A stretch of DNA of 64,000 nucleotides from Lama guanicoe. Lineage: Eukaryota. The DNA lies in NCBI GenBank assembly GCA_013239625.1, contig MU054187.1, positions 21,951,280-22,015,279 on the forward strand, given 5' to 3'. Both the position numbers and the translations under genes were made by a program. This document shows positions 58,341 to 64,000 of this stretch, in pieces (within the stretch, counting starts at the first letter, position 1; each line of letters opens with the position of its first letter). The notes beneath the pieces were generated by a model. The model was not told the DNA's origin and searched no databases. It was given only the letters and a program-made list of their open reading frames with translations.

Positions 58341-59679
58341 ATTCAAAATACTAACAAATACTAAGCTAGGAACTCTGCATTTAATACGTGAGATAAAGTG
58401 GTTTATACCACTTTTAATTTTTAAGTATACTTATAAATGCCTGCAGATAGTTCATCGCCTCAGAGCAGACAGGCTGACTGCTTCTGTCGAAATTAGAATG
58501 GTGGCATAGACCATCTAGGGAGAGAGATGTTTGAAAAATACTATAATCATTTGTTCTTTGATTCATATTAAGAAGGAAGAGGGCTACTGCTGGAAGAGAT
58601 GCGATAAAGGGAGGGTCTTACCTTGCTAGCTGTTGGTCCCCCGGGTGCAGGATGGCAGTCTAACAAGGGTTAATGGAGTTGGAGTGGCAGGCAGACAGGA
58701 CTCCCTGGCACACCAGAGGCAGGGCTTCAGGACAGGTTGGTTGCTCCAAAAGGCTTGGTGGGAAGCACCCAGCTTGGCTGACTGGGCTGAGCATTCATGA
58801 CAGTGTGGCGGAAGCCGACAGGCAGAACGTAGAGGGGAAAGTGCTGAGATGGACGCCCCATCCTTAGAAGGGAACTACAGCAAAATGAAACAGACAAATG
58901 AACAAAGGAAACTCTTCACAAGTTGATTTGGAATTATCTCCAAAATATATTCAGTAAAACAAATTAAGAAAAGTAGGTATTTGAGTAACAGATTTTCTTT
59001 CTATACTTTTTCCTGTTGGGCACATACAATGCATTTAATTTGCTAAGCAATTTTAGAATGTTGTTTCTGGTAAGGTATAAAGTGCCTTATGGCAAAAAAA
59101 AAAATCTCTCCCAAATTCAAATTCATGTGTGGGTTTAAAGATATTCCAATCTTAAAACACTGCATTTGTTTTTAGAGATACTGGTTCTTCCGTTTGTAAT
59201 TTCAGAACAATAACATCTTCCTCAAAGGCTTGTTGAGTGAATTTAATGGAATAAAGTTAACTGAGTGCCAGAACCATCCCTCCATAGCCCTAGCACCCCG
59301 CCTTCTCTCCTCTGGGCAGTCCCCTGCCACCCATGGCCACACCGTTTACCGTCCAGTCCAGCACTCTCCCCGCCCAGTCCTATAAAGGGTCCAATGTTGT
59401 GTAAAGGGATCCTGGAATGTATATCATACTCCATTCATGGAGTTTGTGAGGGCATCCTCACGAGTCATCTGGTGACGGTTCACACAACTGACTCAAGGTT
59501 GTACAACAGGTAAGAGGCAGGGGCACAATGCAAATCCAGGTTGCTGCTCCTCTCTTACTCCTTGTCCCTCTGCTGTCCTGGATGAGGGCATCTGAAAGTT
59601 ACCTAGGCAACTGCAAAAACAGCTGGAAGGCCTTCACTTATGACTGGTCCCTTACCTGTGTTTTTCCTTGGAGGCATAA

Positions 59680-60290
59680 TAGTGAGATGGATTAAGCGCT
59701 CAAGTTCTGGAATGAGACATATGTATTCAAAGTCAAGTTCTACCATTTACCAGCGTTGTAATATTGGGCAAGAGTCTTAATCTTTCTGTGCCTCCATTTC
59801 TTCATCTTTAAAATGGTATCATAGGGTCACAGAGAGGAATGCAGGAAGCAACACATGGGAAGTCTTAGAACAATTCTTGGTACATGGTCAGTATGCAATT
59901 AATGTCAATTTTATTTCTTTTTACAGTAGTTTATAATAGAAATTCCCAAACACCATCTCATTAATCTTGACAACCCCTCTGTGGGTAAATAATTAAAGCT
60001 CATTTTTATGCCTAAAGAAATTGTGGCTTAAGCTTGCCCAAAATAATAATAATGATAATAACAAGCACTAGTTCCTTGCTAACTATGCACTTGTCACTTT
60101 GCGCCTGCTGAACCTTTCAATCCTCACAATAATTTTAGGAGGGCTAACATTCTTATTCCCATTTTACAGATAGGGAAACTGAGGCTCGTGAATTCACTAT
60201 TTTAGTCAAGGTGACACAGCTTGTAAGCATCGTAGCCGGAATTTAAATCCAGCCAATCTGCAGTCAGAGCCCCTACTGTCTCTACAGCAC
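59680..60290. mobile_element. MIR cluster (sense copy about 59680-59910; antisense copies about 59940-60290)
   Basis: ctctggaatgagac...tgtgcctccatttcttcatctttaaaatgg; cccattttacagatagggaaactgaggctc. Confidence 0.7.
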
Positions 60291-60949
60291 TGTCTGACAT
60301 CCCATGTGCATAGACTGTATGAGCCAAAGGGGACACTCTCTCCCAGATCCCACAATCTCTCTATCAGAAGAGATGGTAAACTGGGGTCCCAGAGAGAGGT
60401 AACCATCGTGACTCTCTGCATCCATGTTCCTATTTTATGAGTCTTTACTGCGTGATTAGACACTCAGTAATTTTAATTAACTGTACCAGAACAATAACTT
60501 AGTCAAACCCTGGATTTCCACTCTAACAGACAAGTTTTAAGAAACTGCAGTAAGGCCAGAAACAAAAAGGCATTGATGATGAATTTTACCATGACTAGGA
60601 TTTTATATGTATATTTTTTATAGCTCAGATGTGTTCTGTGGAAATCTAATAAAAAGCTTTCTAATAGGAATCAGCAGTTCTGTCTTCACTCTGAACTTGT
60701 TAGAACAAACCTTTAGGGAACACAGACATGCTAGGTCGGCTAAGAGATGTTATCCAGGGCAGTTGTTCAGACATCTGAACAACTTTAAAGTTATTTTACA
60801 TGTAAACATCTGAACCATGATCTCCAACAGGTATAAATTAGATGTATGTACCATTAAATTTAGCCATGGTTATTTATATATACATACATACATAAGTACA
60901 CCTATCCACATTTACATACATGCACACATGCACGTATACATATATGGGT

Positions 60950-61461
60950 ATATCAGTCAGTCCGCCACTTCCTTTCCCCTATTTGAAGGCATCAAGCACC
61001 GGAGTGGGGAGGGCACGGGTGACCAGGGGATCCCAGCAAAGCACCTCCCTTCCCCCACCTCAGTGATCTTTCCAGGTGGTGGGCGTGTGTGATGTAAACT
61101 GGGCCAACCAGAATCTTCCCTGGGGTTTTCCAAACTGAAGTTGGGAGGAAGAAGCCTCTTTCCCCGCTAGCTTAAGGAACCGTTAGGATACGAGCTGAGA
61201 AGTGTGTTGCTTCCTGGAAACGGAGGGGAGGGCCCCGGGAGAAGCCGGCTAAGCTAGCGCGCAGGACCCACGAGGGGCGTGGGCGGGGGCAGGGAGGGCC
61301 GGGATGCGGAGCGCTCTGGGGACTTTCCAGTCCCCAGTTACAGACTTCTCTAAAGCCAGTACGACTCCTCCTGCCCCTTTCAAATTTGGCTTGGTAAATT
61401 CCTCCCTTTATGCTGATTTTAGTTCCTCTTAAGATTCAGGAACTTGCTTCCTGTAAATACA
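60950..61461 (+). mobile_element. Old MaLR LTR (MLT1K-like) with a CpG/GC-rich core
   Basis: gggtggtgggcgtgtg...ctgggccaaccagaatcttccctgggg...ttccagtccccagtt...ttcctccctt...aaataca resembles MLT1K. Confidence 0.5.
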
Positions 61462-61469
61462 GAGGAATA

Positions 61470-61532
61470 TGCAAATGCTGTCCTTGACAGAGTTGGAGAG
61501 AGCTCTCACATTCACTGCTGCTGGGTGTAAGC

Positions 61533-61563
<31 letters not shown>

Positions 61564-62130
61564 GGCCATTTGTAGTGCCTACCAAAATTTAAAACCAAAA
61601 TTCACAGTGTCAAGACTCTGCCCCAGAAATTCCATGTATAGGGATCTCTACTATTGAAATTTTAGCCACCCCTTAAAGGATATATGAACATGTTTATTGA
61701 AACATTTTTTATCCTAACCACAAAGTGATAACAATCTAACTATCCATAAATAAGGGAGTGTTGAAAATGTCATGACCTGCCCAGCATGGAATGCTCTGCA
61801 GATAAAGAAATAATCAGTTGTCTGTATATGGAAAGATGCCCAGATATATTACTGGAAAAAAATCAAGTTGCAAAAGTCTAACTGCATTTTAATGACGGCA
61901 AACAAAAATTGTATGTGTATAAAAATTTTTTTAAAATAATAAAAAAATTTTAAAACCAAAATAGTATACATGTATTATATACGCTATATGTGTCCATGAC
62001 GAGGGAGCTGGAAGAATATAAACTGGGAATGAGGAAATGGAAACTTAGCGCTTTAATATTTTACTTTATAGATTTCTGTATTGTTTGTTTCCAACTTGTA
62101 TATATTACTTCATTAATTTGTAAAAGCGAT
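61470..62130 (+). mobile_element. Old L1ME-type fragment
   Basis: ttcactgctgctgggtgta...acatgtttattgaaacatt...tatccataaataagggagtg...atatggaaagatgcccagatatatt. Confidence 0.6.
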
Positions 62131-62461
62131 TTTGAAAAGATGTTCTGTCCACTTTGTTACACTGTTTCCAAAGAAGAACAACTCCCTAGGTAAGACAGAG
62201 GGGTATACTCTGGGCAAAGACCTCTCTCTAGGTTTGACTTTGGCTCCATCTCTAATGTGCTTGGAGACTTGGATTAAATTGACCATCTCTCTGACTTTTG
62301 TTGGTACTGTGGGGACATTACATCTCTTTCAGTCTCAATAGTTTATAAACACAGATCTTTTTAATTTTAGGTTTTATGATACACACAAACACAATTTTGG
62401 AGTTAGAGCAACATTTGGAAGATGCACATTAAACAAGATGCATAAGAATTAAATATATCTT

Positions 62462-62667
62462 GAAGAAGGGTATATCTCAGTGGTAGAGTGCATGCTTAGC
62501 ATGCATGAGGTCTTAGGTTCAACCCCCAGTACTTCCATTTAAAAATAAATAAATAAATAAACCTAATTACCACCCCCCAGATTTTAAAAAAAATAAAATA
62601 AATCTAATAAAAGTAAAATAAATCTACAAGAAATCTCAAAATGAGACATGAAAAAATAATCTAAAAA
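62462..62667 (+). mobile_element. tRNA-Ala-derived SINE with extended 3' tail
   Basis: SINE body plus 18-bp TSD aagaattaaatatatctt (62444-62461) / aagaattaaatgcatctt (62668-62685). Confidence 0.9.
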
Positions 62668-64000
62668 AAGAATTAAATGCATCTTAATTACAGCACAGTG
62701 ACTAATATTTTAAACCCCAAAGATTGCTTTCTCTTTTATTTTTCTCTAGGTAAATGATTCGTGGTGAAGTGATTTTTTAACTTTTATTTAAAATCAAAGT
62801 TCATAATACCTTTGCTGACTTTATATTTTGAGGTCTTCCTGTATGGGAGAAATTTCTAGAAAAGAAGGCGGGATTGCAAATGGTCAAGTCCCTGGTGGAT
62901 CAGGGAAGCCAAGACATGCTTCTCAGTCTACAGGGAGGTCGCGTGCACCACGTGGGAACCCCTGTAACGTGTAGGGCTAGGAAGCTGGTCACTTGCAGGC
63001 AGAATCAGGACTACAGAGCTTTCTCTCCCCAGAGCAATGTGAGTCCCCTTGGGCAGGGTGTTCACACACTCTCCAGTTAAACTCAGCTCCCACCTCGTGG
63101 TTGCCCTAGGCTGCCTGGCTGGCTCATCACTTCACTTACCACTCTGTCTGCCAGGACGTAGAACTCCTGTGAATTTTGTAACTTCTTTCCATGTTAAAAC
63201 CACCTGCAGAACAACATAGCAGGGTGGGGGAGTGGAAGTGGAGACACAGCAGCGATTTACTCATGCTTAGTCATAAGAGCAAGTAATTGCAGTGACTTTG
63301 GGTCTTATTCAAATGCATAACTCCTTTGAAATAGAGTTAATGATCTTGGACCAGATTATACAGTAATGTGTGAATTCACCTTTCAGCCCATTCACTTTTC
63401 CTTTCCCTGCATTGCCATGTAAGGTAAGATCTTTTCTAAGTAGAACACTATGCTAAAACAAATACTAATTTCTCAGGGAAATAATTCTTTCTCAGCAATC
63501 GCGTACTAGCTTCTTTTTCGAGGCATCTATCCACAAGTTGTTGTCATCCACGAGGCAGTGAAAATTTTGAGGACAGCCTGTCTTCATTACACCTAGTTCA
63601 AGGCCAGGCATTTGGAAGTGCCCCCAAAACCTTGTTGACTGAGCTAATGAAGAAATAGTGTCTGGCTAATTCCCAGTTTGAACTGGGAAAGCATACACCA
63701 GTAACTGGCACATAATTTAAACTCTTCATTTTTTTTTAACTCAGGATCAGACTTTGATTGAAACTTCTAGAATGTAAACCCTACAAGTGCAAGGATTTTT
63801 GTCATTTTTGTCCACGGGTGGCTCCCAAGGGCCTGAGAATTATGTATCCCCATCCTTCTGATGGTACTAACATGACTTCACTGTCCCACTGTCTTCATTG
63901 GCACAACTCTCCTACCAGAGGAGTCTTGCCCATGTACATAACTCGATTATTCATTACACTAACTTCCAGAAAGATGTATTTTCTTTACATTTCTAGGTTT

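Noticed and set aside
59290..59515. GC boxes, TATAAAG (59381) and CAG|GTAAGA donor (59510) as a promoter and first exon
   Set aside because: The donor and flanks look like an antisense MIR remnant, which naturally carries a cryptic donor, and the GC box abuts the TATA; too weak without expression data.
1..64000. A novel prokaryote-type system (CRISPR, defence island, operon, prophage)
   Set aside because: The window is mammalian intronic and intergenic DNA with no gene-dense or compositionally foreign segment.

Overview
This is mammalian, not prokaryotic, DNA. It is most likely a camelid (Camelus/Vicugna/Lama): there are eight copies of a tRNA-Ala(AGC)-derived SINE of the camelid Vic-1 type, and I saw no Alu, B1/B2, Bov-A/Bov-B, PRE-1 or Can-SINE copies. 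The window is repeat-rich (L1 fragments of several ages, L2, MIR, MaLR/ERVL/ERV1 solo LTRs, MER-type DNA transposons, microsatellites), and nearly all listed ORFs are spurious. The only recognisable protein-coding ORFs are L1 ORF2 remnants. The main non-repeat structure is a CpG-island promoter at about 10.4-11.0 kb with an RFX X-box, ETS, E-box, CCAAT and NRF1-like motifs, and outward-facing GTGAGT donors on both strands. Leftwards, a phase-compatible chain of 6 small minus-strand exons can be assembled into a 138-aa protein, or a 100-aa protein if two exons are skipped. I cannot name this protein; a ciliary or testis gene is plausible. Rightwards, about 53 kb contain no recognisable coding exon but several candidate enhancers and possible non-coding exons. 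I see no CRISPR array, prokaryotic system or clearly novel multi-gene system. Gene models and repeat family names were assigned by eye and need computational confirmation.
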